A stretch of 36,265 nucleotides of DNA from a virus (IMGVR_UViG_3300020161_002845:1-36265), one strand, 5' to 3'. Counted from the stretch's first letter, positions 19,701 to 27,227 are shown. The notes: a model not told the origin generated them from the sequence alone. A program made the numbers and translations.

Positions 19701-22195
19701 ATCAGGTCGGTCGCCAAGAGCATAAGACCGACCTCTATGTCGGCGGCGCGTCGGCGGACGAGTACGCGGCGCGGAAGACGCATTTCAATAGCATCAGCGA
19801 TGCATTCAAGTACATTGAGCTGCACACGGAAGACCTGCAGTACACCGGTCGTCGTACATGGATAATCAACGTTTGCGGTTCGGTAACGGAGACCGAAGAC
19901 CACGCGCGCGGCGTGCTGCATCCACTCAATGTACCAGCCGATGGCGTTGTTATCCGGGGTGCTCATACCGGCGGAACGGCACACGTATCCTGGGCCACCA
20001 AGACCAGTTTGTTCTGTACGAACGGCAAGCGCGGCTTCACGTTGGAGCACGTGACGTTCGCGTGGACTGGTAGTTGGACTTCAGACGCCGGGTTGGCGAC
20101 GGGTCTGCGAGCGGACCAAGGTGTCGCGATTGTGTCCAATGTCGACTATGCTGATAACAACATCACGACACTGCACGATCTTCGGCTGCTGGACGTACGA
20201 GGGCTGAACGTACCATCGGTGCTGTATTTAGACGCGCTTGTCGCGTCAACATCCGTAGTTCTTCGTGATGTTACTGCCACTGGTCTCAAGGGAAAGGCGG
20301 TTTTCGTTCGCGCAGCCGCGGGCGACACGGGCGAGCAGTCCACGTTCGGGCTAGATCGTCTGACATTGGAAAACTGCTCGTTTGCGCGGTCCGTGGCGGC
20401 TCCGCAGGCAGTGAACGACGATTGCGTGTACGCCTTTGGCGTGCGTGACGTACACGTCCTCGCATGCCGTAGCACAAACGCACATGTAAGCGGGTTTCGC
20501 CTACTGCAGTACAAGCAGGCTGTAGTGCGTGATTCCGGTTGTATTGACTTCAACAAGCTCGATGCCGATTCGACGCACGGGGTACTGTGCTCGTCCACGG
20601 TCACTGGCGCATTCGCCACGGTGGCATCGTCGAGAGTCGTACAGTCTGCTGCGCATTCCGGCGGTGGCGTGCTTCTTGATTCTGCGGGCGTTGTACAGAC
20701 GTCCGTCATCACCAACCTCGAAGTTGGTGTGAAGCTGTCTGCGACTGGGGCACGGGCAGAGACCAATGAGATTACCGCGGCAACGGTTTACGGTATCTGG
20801 CATCACGAAGCGGGTACTGAATCGCGCGGCAACCGTGTTCTAAACACCGATGGCTCGGCCGTTGGTATTTACGTCGAGTACACCGCCGCAGGCTTCTTCG
20901 CGGAGGTATCCGCCGACGACTGCCGCGTAATCGACAACACGTTGACTGGCGGTTCTAACGCGATCCTCGTGTCCGGTGACCGCGCGGTGGTCTCTGGAAA
21001 CACGACGAACGGTAAAGATATCGTCATCGGAGAACACGCGGCCGGTGCGCGCGTCACGGACAATATTCTCTATGGAGACGGCGTCTACGGTGACCTCAGC
21101 ATTGTAGGCCCGAACGCATTCACTTCCGGCAACCTGATCGGCGAGTTCCTGATTTTGAGTACCGGCATTAGCTGCGGTAGTCGCAATGACAGAGCGCGTG
21201 GTTTGAGCGTCTCGGGAGCCAGCTCCAGTTTCGAGCGTCTGTCGGTACTCAACGTTGCGGATTGCGCCGCGAGCGGCACTAACGTTCGTATCGTAAACTC
21301 GGTGTTCAAGGGTAGCGCGCAGGACGCCGAAGTTCCCGGTGTGTTCTTTGTCCATGCCAGTGCTAGCGGTCTGCAGTTTGTCGGGAACACCTGTGGCGGT
21401 CGCGTGGTGATCGAAGGTGCATCCGCGGTTGTGCACGACAACACTCTCGGCTCCTATGACGACGGTGTGCTCTACACGCTCGTGGTCTCTGGCGGTTCCA
21501 GTTCGATTGTCGGGAATAAGATATGTGACGCGTCCGGACTCGGCACACTCCAGGTCGGCGGCGGCGATAACCGTCTGTGTTACAACGTTTGTAATGCACA
21601 CATTCTGGGAGGCGTGGCGTCTGACAAGTTCGTCTTTACAACTCTGGAGCCCGTGGCCGAGGCGGAGCTTCTGGTCACACATCCTGACGACCCGAACGAC
21701 CCACGTGGGTCCTGGCCCGACCCAGTCGTTACCATTCAGAAGCGCACTCGGCGTTGTAGTGTTCTCATGATGCCCAGCGATGCGCCGAGTGACGATTTCC
21801 GGTCTCATCTTGGGTCTGTACTTGGTAACGGACCGACTCGCGGTTTCTTTTTTGTCCGTTTTGACGCTGATATTTTTCCGGCTGGCCAGACGTTACTCAA
21901 CGGCCGCTGGGAAATTCTTGTCATCGACTGCACTCCGCCGACGTACGAAATCTACGAGAACTACACGCCGGGCGAGCGGTTTATTGCCCCGCCGGCGTTT
22001 ACGTTCAAGTACGTTACTACGGTGGTCGACTCGCGAACCGTACTCGTTCGATCCCGCGTCCTTTTTCACGAGTCTCCCCCGGACTACGCAGCGCTAGAGC
22101 ACGATTGGTGGTCTAGCTGTCGAGTCGTGTTGCGCGCGCAGCTTCCTTCCGCCGAACTTCTTAGTGGTTTCTCCGTGCTGTACACGACGCCTTAA
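16739..22195 (+). CDS. Tail fibre/tailspike with parallel beta-helix (pectin-lyase-like), possible depolymerase (1818 aa)
   Basis: AAGGAG RBS. N-terminal NRPLAALQENIEFL. From about aa 1020 (FNSISDAF..) there are many right-handed beta-helix repeats (CRVIDNTL, AVVSGNTT, ARVTDNIL, SSIVGNKI). Confidence 0.75.
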   Translation: MKFFGRLSGSTHGPEALSTTAPPSTQLPFVAQTPGSKLIAYGEFASAAAQNRPLAALQENIEFLADILFSPALRDDQLEYERTSGGATFGFSALKDVAQGTTEISLGLGTYTPAVWVYHGVHLPTVDQFLRATRYFYANATNHACSVAPSDVLQYSGGPSVFPAAVIGGSGQHALPSTIAPVRRARPDVYPYEGATASLAIERWEEDGPIIEDGYTWSQFLARPGCFVEVSGTDLATENNGLYRLVNARRAASGGDKAVLTRGGLHRVRVSDAANFTAGERLAWASSPNHTSDAAVVRDNFAYVVYIIDNYLYLSQLTAGEDFPTLDDVAARVNTDIAEYGGRKAVGNVGFPDQEEDTTSNWSLPVGTLLFNPAEDYAAVLEVLPAGYPVSFTTGALPGQAFVCNPIGFALNPALVFAADALLEGDYTVDCRTLTTVREQLVSQGSSAARGEFEDPAGPLGISREELSLLKSYLRSIKSGEQLLTVNTNDWYAPTAQVLGAGRWRITVENTTDADITADSLVSPNTTLYITIHPTATGVATTRCRVVSCAGNQLVLSNVSIIGWNQVARRTVAPIIANAVNGSASGFSLSGNLFYVRSIDASPALTSTGGAHGIPYPGLDAAYNNAFSPNEYDRGAGSGRYVEVLAGKPISMLLHPTNDADRPVAVDVLYDTNSEGTGGGCSAVKISRRSDDLSRVIYGYKSFIFEEGASAIDTAFIGTAGSVLTLGGTSHTVLALLSYTSGILRFSDLNTGLGYRIPFTTTNDLVPSKLPLALQAPSILGALHGLDLADHDTTPAIDRNFAVTGSGLLYAEGSKTPLDFYPDRRTTFEAGRTLTFSDSSHAEVGGVGAVGLNASSVLFIEYLTANGTPLTQYIGVASYTHPNLVLEAAFAGFAVDDTVARTDWGAVSNPLSVVVADHYVVVLGRKYHVEAATLTATANSTQYVIYSMSTNAVTLVGADNPLVSTATTLTVGRIRTTAAVAQIEGFPDQVGRQEHKTDLYVGGASADEYAARKTHFNSISDAFKYIELHTEDLQYTGRRTWIINVCGSVTETEDHARGVLHPLNVPADGVVIRGAHTGGTAHVSWATKTSLFCTNGKRGFTLEHVTFAWTGSWTSDAGLATGLRADQGVAIVSNVDYADNNITTLHDLRLLDVRGLNVPSVLYLDALVASTSVVLRDVTATGLKGKAVFVRAAAGDTGEQSTFGLDRLTLENCSFARSVAAPQAVNDDCVYAFGVRDVHVLACRSTNAHVSGFRLLQYKQAVVRDSGCIDFNKLDADSTHGVLCSSTVTGAFATVASSRVVQSAAHSGGGVLLDSAGVVQTSVITNLEVGVKLSATGARAETNEITAATVYGIWHHEAGTESRGNRVLNTDGSAVGIYVEYTAAGFFAEVSADDCRVIDNTLTGGSNAILVSGDRAVVSGNTTNGKDIVIGEHAAGARVTDNILYGDGVYGDLSIVGPNAFTSGNLIGEFLILSTGISCGSRNDRARGLSVSGASSSFERLSVLNVADCAASGTNVRIVNSVFKGSAQDAEVPGVFFVHASASGLQFVGNTCGGRVVIEGASAVVHDNTLGSYDDGVLYTLVVSGGSSSIVGNKICDASGLGTLQVGGGDNRLCYNVCNAHILGGVASDKFVFTTLEPVAEAELLVTHPDDPNDPRGSWPDPVVTIQKRTRRCSVLMMPSDAPSDDFRSHLGSVLGNGPTRGFFFVRFDADIFPAGQTLLNGRWEILVIDCTPPTYEIYENYTPGERFIAPPAFTFKYVTTVVDSRTVLVRSRVLFHESPPDYAALEHDWWSSCRVVLRAQLPSAELLSGFSVLYTTP
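18186..18200. repeat. 15-bp palindrome site 7 (TATTAACGGTTAATA)
   Basis: Inside the tailspike gene, LLTVN; perfect. Confidence 0.95.
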
Positions 22196-22209
22196 TATCC
22201 CTTCGCGAA

Positions 22210-22224
22210 TATTAACGGTTAATA
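22210..22224. repeat. 15-bp palindrome site 8 (TATTAACGGTTAATA)
   Basis: Intergenic, at the point where transcription converges; perfect. Confidence 0.95.
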
Positions 22225-22233
22225 CTCCAAGCT

Positions 22234-22259
22234 AAAAACAAAGGCGGGCTCTCCCGCCT
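22234..22259 (-). terminator. Rho-independent terminator
   Basis: Minus strand AGGCGGG-AGAG-CCCGCCT followed by TTGTTTTT, downstream of the 40-aa ORF. Confidence 0.7.
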
Positions 22260-22266
22260 GGGTCAC

Positions 22267-22389
22267 TCAGTTCCGGTCGTACGGCTCGCCGCCGTATCCC
22301 GAGAACCGCGCCCAGGCGAAGAACCCGCCGATGAAGAGTGCCTGGGCCAGTACGCCCAAGACCTCCGGGTCGGCGAGGAAGTCCCACAT
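22267..22389 (-). CDS. Small membrane protein (40 aa), absent from the ORF track
   Basis: AAGGAG RBS. MWDFLADPEVLGVLAQALFIGGFFAWARFSGYGGEPYDRN, followed by a terminator. Confidence 0.6.
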   Translation of the reverse strand: MWDFLADPEVLGVLAQALFIGGFFAWARFSGYGGEPYDRN

Positions 22390-22452
22390 GGGAGTCTCCT
22401 TTCCGCAAGTGCCGCGTAACCGCGTAGCAGCGGGTCGGGCGGAATGCCCGGT

Positions 22453-22496
22453 AAAGAAAAGGGGGAGAGGTGCACGCCAGCACCTACCCCCTTCTC
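22453..22496 (-). terminator. Rho-independent terminator
   Basis: Minus strand AAGGGGG-T-AGGTGC-loop-GCACCT-CT-CCCCCTT followed by TTCTTT, just after the stop at 22513. Confidence 0.6.
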
Positions 22497-22512
22497 TCAG
22501 GCCGCTCCCCTG

Positions 22513-22803
22513 TTACGGGTTGCGGCCACGCGCGGCGTTCTTCCGGGCCTTCTCGTCCTTCTTGTCCTGCTTGATCCGGTCCGCCCGGTCCTTCTCCGAC
22601 CGGTCCCAGAGCGTCTTCTCGCGCTCGGCGGCGGGGAGGATGACCTTGTCCAGAGTCTCCTCCGCGACACCGGCCGTCCGCTGCGCCGCCCGCGCGCTCG
22701 CCCGCATGGGGGAGGACACGAACAGAGCCGCCACCGTGGCGCCGAGGGCGATGCCCAACCCAATGAAGAAACCGCCTTTGCCGTCGTCGTGGAAGGTGGA
22801 CAT
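22513..22803 (-). CDS. Membrane-anchored coiled-coil protein, YtxH-like architecture (96 aa)
   Basis: ATG 22803 with AAAGG RBS. GGFFIGLGIALGATVAALF TM segment followed by a charged helix. Confidence 0.6.
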   Translation of the reverse strand: MSTFHDDGKGGFFIGLGIALGATVAALFVSSPMRASARAAQRTAGVAEETLDKVILPAAEREKTLWDRSEKDRADRIKQDKKDEKARKNAARGRNP

Positions 22804-23166
22804 TGCTGTCGACCTTTCTACCCCCGCAGAGGTGGAAATCGCGTGTTGTGTGACGCGCGAGTTCGGGGCTTCTACACCCATCGCTGGGCGTACAAGTCTT
22901 GAACCCGCTATCACCCTGTCGCGAAACAGGGTTCCAAACTTCCCCACAAGAACGTGGGTTCCCCGGCAACGAGCGGGGGGTGGCCTTTGGTTCCACCCGT
23001 CCTGTACCCCGCGCATGGGTACAAGCCTCCTCTCAACACCCCGGCTGGCGTGCCGTTCCCCCTGAGAGTCACAGAGAAGGGGTATGCCTCAAGTCCGCAC
23101 TGTGTGGCGGGACAAGGCAAAGGTTGGAATCATGGCGTATTCCTTCCTTCATTATTCTTATACCTA

Positions 23167-23181
23167 TATAAACGGTTAATA
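23167..23181. repeat. 15-bp palindrome site 9 (TATAAACGGTTAATA)
   Basis: Intergenic; 1 mismatch. Confidence 0.9.
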
Positions 23182-23190
23182 TTGCACTTT

Positions 23191-23275
23191 TTGGCCTGTT
23201 TTGACCTATATAGGGCTTTTTAGCCCTTTTAGGGCCTTTATAGGGCCTGTAGGGGGTATTTGGGCCTATGGGCCG
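23191..23275. repeat. Degenerate ~10-bp tandem repeat (approx. TAGGGCCTWT) between two palindromic sites
   Basis: Successive decamers ttggcctgtt / ttgacctata / tagggctttt / tagccctttt / agggccttta / tagggcctgt / agggggtatt / tgggcctatg / ggccg. Confidence 0.6.
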
Positions 23276-23336
23276 CTACGTGTGCTTAGGTAGGTGGTTG
23301 TCCGCCTATAAAGCCTATTAGCAAACGGCGCCCCAT

Positions 23337-23351
23337 TATTAACCGTTAATA
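23337..23351. repeat. 15-bp palindrome site 10 (TATTAACCGTTAATA)
   Basis: Intergenic; perfect. Confidence 0.95.
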
Positions 23352-23357
23352 TTGGGT

Positions 23358-23392
23358 AAAAAAAACGCCCACGGCATTACACCGTGAGCGTT
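23358..23392 (-). terminator. Rho-independent terminator ending the replication arm
   Basis: Minus strand AACGCTCACGG-TGTAATG-CCGTGGGCGTT followed by a T run. Confidence 0.75.
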
Positions 23393-23421
23393 CTTCGAAG
23401 AGGTTAACCGCTAGTGGCGGT

Positions 23422-24462
23422 TCACTCCAAGTTTTCGTCCTCGCCCTCTTCGCCCTCTTCCTCGCCTTCCTCTTCCTCGCCTTCCTCTTCGCCCTCTTCC
23501 TCTTCACCCCCCTCGCCCTCGCCTTCCTCCTCGGCGCCGAGGAACACGATGGCGTAGTCCTCTCGGGTCTGCGGGGTGCCCAGCATGACCTCGGGCATGT
23601 TGCCGAGAACCGTGTCGAGGTCGTCGGGGAACTGCTCGGTGAGCACGTCGGCGTACGTGTTGAACACGAGGAACTTGACGCCGGCCTCCGCCTCGATGGT
23701 GCGATTGAGGATGGTGTTGACGTCCACGCCGAGCTTCTGCACGGAGGCCGCCAGCTTCTGGTTGTCCTTGGCCAGCACGTCGACCGCGCCGATGAGCTTG
23801 TTGATCAGCGCTGTGAGGGGCGACAGATCGACGGAGCCCGTGGCGGCAGCGGCGGGAGTGGCGGGTTTTGCCGACGCCGCGGCGGCGGGGGTGGCGGGGG
23901 TGGCCGGCTTTACCGCAGACGCCGTGGCGGGCTTGGCAGCGGCAACCGCGGTGGCGGGCTTGGCAGTGGCCACCGTTGCGGGCTTCACTGCCGACGCGGT
24001 GGCGGTCGCCGGCTTCGCGGCAGTGGCCGTCGCGGGCTTGGCAGTGGCCACCGTTGCGGTCGCGGGTTTGACCGCGGTCGCGGGCTTGGCCACGGTCGGC
24101 TCAGCAGCGGGGGCTCCAGCGGGCTTCTTCACGGGGGTGATTCGCATGTCTTCTGTCTCCGGTTCATCCATGGCCACCTCGTCGAATGAGAGTGGCACTC
24201 GGTTTTCTCGCGCCGCGCTTCCCAACTCCAGGAAGAACGTGGCTTTGTCTGGAGTGAATACTCCCTCAAGGATTGGATCTTCGAGTGACACCGCGCCGAT
24301 TTGCGCCGCGGAGCCTTTCTTCAGATCCTCAAGGATCGCCTTCTTCAGATCACCAGTACTGACCGTGAAAATCTCGTACACGGTCATGAGGCCCGCGCAA
24401 TTACATATTGCGCGTAACTCAGTGTCGGTGAAGACACTGAGTGACTTTATGGTCAGCTTCAC
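23422..24462 (-). CDS. Histone-like protein: HeH/SAP-like N-terminus, 9 KPAT repeats, coiled coil, acidic tail
   Basis: GGAGG RBS and GTG start. TDTELRAICNCAGL..DLKKAIL, (A/V)KPAT x9, and an E/G-rich C-terminus. Confidence 0.6.
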   Translation of the reverse strand: MKLTIKSLSVFTDTELRAICNCAGLMTVYEIFTVSTGDLKKAILEDLKKGSAAQIGAVSLEDPILEGVFTPDKATFFLELGSAARENRVPLSFDEVAMDEPETEDMRITPVKKPAGAPAAEPTVAKPATAVKPATATVATAKPATATAAKPATATASAVKPATVATAKPATAVAAAKPATASAVKPATPATPAAAASAKPATPAAAATGSVDLSPLTALINKLIGAVDVLAKDNQKLAASVQKLGVDVNTILNRTIEAEAGVKFLVFNTYADVLTEQFPDDLDTVLGNMPEVMLGTPQTREDYAIVFLGAEEEGEGEGGEEEEGEEEGEEEEGEEEGEEGEDENLE

Positions 24463-24839
24463 TCTAGGTCCTCCGGCACATCTTCCATTGGCCCAACGTT
24501 TAATTCAGTTTCGTCGATGTCGACTCCTGTGTCCTGTAAGAGTTCGAACCAGCAGCACTGGACTACTGCGTCTGTATGCGTATGGCAGAGCCCAGTGCAA
24601 TTGAGCGAAAGGCGGTCTCGATACTTGGCGATGAACTCAGTCAGCTCTTTCCGCATCAGGTTGAGACGGTCCGTACCAGCGAAGTCTTCTCTGGTTACAG
24701 AACCCTTATACCCGAGAATGCGGAAAAGTTGCGCGCGAGTTATCCCGCTCGGAACACGTATTCCGTACAGCTGAAATACGAGATGGCGGAGTTCACCGTC
24801 GTTGACGTCGAGTAGCGCTTTTCTCGTTTCACGATCCAT
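24459..24839 (-). CDS. Hypothetical protein with HeH-like N-terminus and Cys/His cluster (126 aa)
   Basis: Likely start MDRETRK (ATG 24839) overlapping the upstream stop. NDGELRHLVFQLYG..TRAQLFRIL and CTGLCHTH..QCC. Confidence 0.6.
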   Translation of the reverse strand: MDRETRKALLDVNDGELRHLVFQLYGIRVPSGITRAQLFRILGYKGSVTREDFAGTDRLNLMRKELTEFIAKYRDRLSLNCTGLCHTHTDAVVQCCWFELLQDTGVDIDETELNVGPMEDVPEDLE

Positions 24840-25482
24840 GCGTCTTTCCAACGACTTGGTAGTAGGCGTGAACAGCAAGAAGACCCGCATCTGCGGTGCC
24901 ATCGTGCGCGGTGCGGCACCCCTCGTAGACAAGTGGTAGGTCGGGCACGAGCTGACTGCAGCGAGCGACATGCTCTGCCTTGCGCGCTGGGCGGTCTTTG
25001 GCGGGAGCAACACAGCCCATTCGCTTTGTCCAGCTTGTGCTGCTAATCATCTGGTATGGGATGCGGTTGGCGGCGAGAAGCCCTTCCCACAGACCCATCC
25101 CGCGGCCCGTACTCAGTACGGAGGTGAGACCTTCACCTTCCATCACGCGTTGCTGCTCAACGTGGAACAGCTGCGCGTGGAAACTTTCGGTGCAGTCAAT
25201 TTCGAGCAAGGAGGCTTCGCATAGTGAGTAGCAGCGCGAGAAGGTGTCGTCCGAGCTGTCGTCGCTCAGCGCGCTTGTCAGGTCTGAGAACAGCGCTCGC
25301 AGGTTGGTCAGCGTCTGGCGCTTGGCCGGGCTCGCAAATTGCAGCAGCATGTCGTTCATCATGCTGATCACGTATTCGCGCTCAAACATGGGGGCACGGG
25401 CGTAGTAGAGCGGAATGCGGCCGTCACCCAGCACGACTATCGCCCCATCTTTTCCGACGTCTATTCCGCCCGTGATGATCAT
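24829..25482 (-). CDS. RuvC-like (RNase H fold) Holliday junction resolvase
   Basis: GIDVGKDGAIVVL, HVEQQ, WTKRMG and DGTADAGLLA acidic motifs. Confidence 0.75.
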   Translation of the reverse strand: MIITGGIDVGKDGAIVVLGDGRIPLYYARAPMFEREYVISMMNDMLLQFASPAKRQTLTNLRALFSDLTSALSDDSSDDTFSRCYSLCEASLLEIDCTESFHAQLFHVEQQRVMEGEGLTSVLSTGRGMGLWEGLLAANRIPYQMISSTSWTKRMGCVAPAKDRPARKAEHVARCSQLVPDLPLVYEGCRTAHDGTADAGLLAVHAYYQVVGKTHGS

Positions 25483-25483
25483 A

Positions 25484-26152
25484 CTACCTCTTTGTTGGCA
25501 GCCTGATTGGGGGCCGCCGTGGGGTCTCGGCCTGCACAGCAGGCTCCTCAGTTTTTGGCGCCGCTTCCACTATCCGGCTCGTGGCTCTATACGCGGCTCG
25601 CATCGTCGGCTCACTGGTCGGCGCGCGGTCATTACCACCGCCCATCCCGCCAGTCTTGTAGAACAGCTCGCGTCCAATTCGATCCAGCGTCTTATCCAGT
25701 TGACCGACTTCCTCTTCGAGCGCGTACCGCAGACCCTTCAGTGTCACGAGTTCGGCATTCGCTGCGACGTAGGAGGCATCCGTGAGTGCGACGGCTTTGC
25801 GTTCTTCGGCGTTCGTCGCTTCGGTCTTGAACTTCTTGGCGTTCCGCATCGCGACTGCGAATACGTGTTCTTCGTTGGCCTTGGCGGCAAGTTCCAGCCC
25901 ACGACTACGAGCAAATTCGTGCACGAGAATACCACGATACACGAGAAACGAATCGTACAAGTCCTTGAGGGCGTCTACCGAAAGTTCACGAATATTAATC
26001 GTTAATATCGGGGAGGACGCGTTTGTATTTGGATTGTCTGGGACCCCAAGCTTTGTCAGGATTCGCTGCACCCGCTCCGCTGCCGCCGCGTAGGGGCTTC
26101 GAGGCGACTTGTGGTCGGCAGACGTGGGCGTATTTGCATTCCCCACAGTCAT
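25484..26152 (-). CDS. Helical coiled-coil protein, possibly a UvsY-like recombination mediator
   Basis: GAGGT RBS. All-helical core (ALTDASYVAANAELVTLKGLRYALEEEV..IGREL) in a recombination cluster. Start uncertain because it overlaps the upstream gene. Confidence 0.45.
   Translation of the reverse strand: MTVGNANTPTSADHKSPRSPYAAAAERVQRILTKLGVPDNPNTNASSPILTINIRELSVDALKDLYDSFLVYRGILVHEFARSRGLELAAKANEEHVFAVAMRNAKKFKTEATNAEERKAVALTDASYVAANAELVTLKGLRYALEEEVGQLDKTLDRIGRELFYKTGGMGGGNDRAPTSEPTMRAAYRATSRIVEAAPKTEEPAVQAETPRRPPIRLPTKR
25993..26007. repeat. 15-bp palindrome site 11 (TATTAATCGTTAATA)
   Basis: In CDS (ILTIN); also supplies the stop codon of the Cas4-like gene; 1 mismatch. Confidence 0.88.
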
Positions 26153-27227
26153 AGGGGTCTACCTCGCGGTCTGGGAGCTGGTCAGCATCCAGCTTGTTTT
26201 CAATCTCGGCGATACGCCCCAAGAGGCGCGTGAGATGCTTGGCGTCGAATCGTACGAAGAACTCCTTGGTGGCCAAGTTGTCTCGGTTCACGTACAGAAT
26301 CAGCGCCCGTGGAATGTTCAATGCCATCATGTACAGATGGACTTGGTCGATGTGCGCGCGCTTCGGAGCGCGAAGACTGCTGTAGCTCTTCGCACCAATC
26401 GTCTTGATTTCTAGAACGTACTTGCGGTCAATGACCCCGTCAGCACTGCCACCAATGTTCAGACTTGGGATCTGGATTGGAACTTCAGACTGGAATCGGT
26501 CACCCAGTCTCCGGTGCAGTTTGCCCTGCACCAGATTGTGAATGAGGTGTCCAAGTTCGAAGTAGCCGTGCGACCACACGGTGAAGTTTGGTGCGGGTAG
26601 AACACCGGCGCGCTCGTATCCCAGGGCTCGTGCACAGTTTACCGACCCAAGCGCCGACGGATGGTGGTAGCCAATTCCGCGCGTGTAGCTCTCTTTGTTG
26701 GCGTCGGTAAACGCGGCGTCCACTTCCTCTTTGATACGGAAGCCGTCGTCGGCTACATACGTAGAGGAGAAGCAGATAGAAGAATCGAGGCGCAGTTGCC
26801 GCCAGTCTAACGGCTGTTTCTGGGTAAGCACCGTCATCGTTGACGGTGCCCAGTCGTTACCCAGTTCCTCGTCTAGAATCTGCTTTAGAATCGAGTAGGG
26901 GGCACCCCACTCGCGAGTGCTGTGGTGCAGCTGACTGAACGAGCGCTCTCGCGCCAGAGCGACGGCTTCCGGCATACAGGTGAGAAACGCGTCGCTATTG
27001 AGAGCGGCTGCGGCGGTTTCTTTGATTACGGAGAACCGGTAGTCGCTGCCATCCAACTCCGAGAAATCGACGGCGTAACCGAGGCCAAGGTCTCCGTCAC
27101 ACCCGAGTTTCCGGAGATTCTCGTGGATAACCTCTGGGTACTGAATGCGCTCCGTCTCGGCCGACAGTATCGTCCCGTCACAAGCGACGCCGGCCAGTAT
27201 TAACGGTTTATAACAGCTAAGCGCCAT
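25995..27227 (-). CDS. Cas4-like PD-(D/E)xK exonuclease with N-terminal extension
   Basis: ATG 27227 after GGAG. HPSALG..C, GHLIH, EVPI, GSADG, LEIKT, QVHLYM and C-terminal CGECKYAHVC Fe-S ligands. Confidence 0.8.
   Translation of the reverse strand: MALSCYKPLILAGVACDGTILSAETERIQYPEVIHENLRKLGCDGDLGLGYAVDFSELDGSDYRFSVIKETAAAALNSDAFLTCMPEAVALARERSFSQLHHSTREWGAPYSILKQILDEELGNDWAPSTMTVLTQKQPLDWRQLRLDSSICFSSTYVADDGFRIKEEVDAAFTDANKESYTRGIGYHHPSALGSVNCARALGYERAGVLPAPNFTVWSHGYFELGHLIHNLVQGKLHRRLGDRFQSEVPIQIPSLNIGGSADGVIDRKYVLEIKTIGAKSYSSLRAPKRAHIDQVHLYMMALNIPRALILYVNRDNLATKEFFVRFDAKHLTRLLGRIAEIENKLDADQLPDREVDPYDCGECKYAHVCRPQVASKPLRGGSGAGAANPDKAWGPRQSKYKRVLPDIND
27198..27212. repeat. 15-bp palindrome site 12 (TATTAACGGTTTATA)
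   Basis: Inside the Cas4-like gene, YKPLI; 1 mismatch. Confidence 0.9.

Noticed and set aside
16739-22195. Diversity-generating retroelement or invertible tail-fibre cassette
   Set aside because: No reverse transcriptase, invertase or duplicated template/variable repeat seen in this window.
1-22195. Host-encoded contractile injection system or tailocin rather than a phage
   Set aside because: Directly linked to a full phage-type replication module, with no host housekeeping genes in the window.
22331-23065. 244-aa plus-strand ORF and other overlapping ORFs in the junction region
   Set aside because: No recognisable features; minus-strand ORFs with RBSs and terminators explain the region better.
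23402-23416. Possible 17th palindrome copy GGTTAACCGCTAGTG
   Set aside because: Five mismatches; better explained as part of the small hairpin AACCGC-TAGTG-GCGGTT at the gene end.
23576-24604. 342-aa plus-strand ORF
   Set aside because: Antisense shadow of the low-complexity KPAT gene, which has the RBS, operon context and terminator.
24840-25013. Upstream extension of the 184-aa ORF in the track (likewise 35391-35645 and 22804-23016)
   Set aside because: These extensions overlap other genes or hairpin regions; downstream ATGs with RBS or stop-start coupling are better starts.
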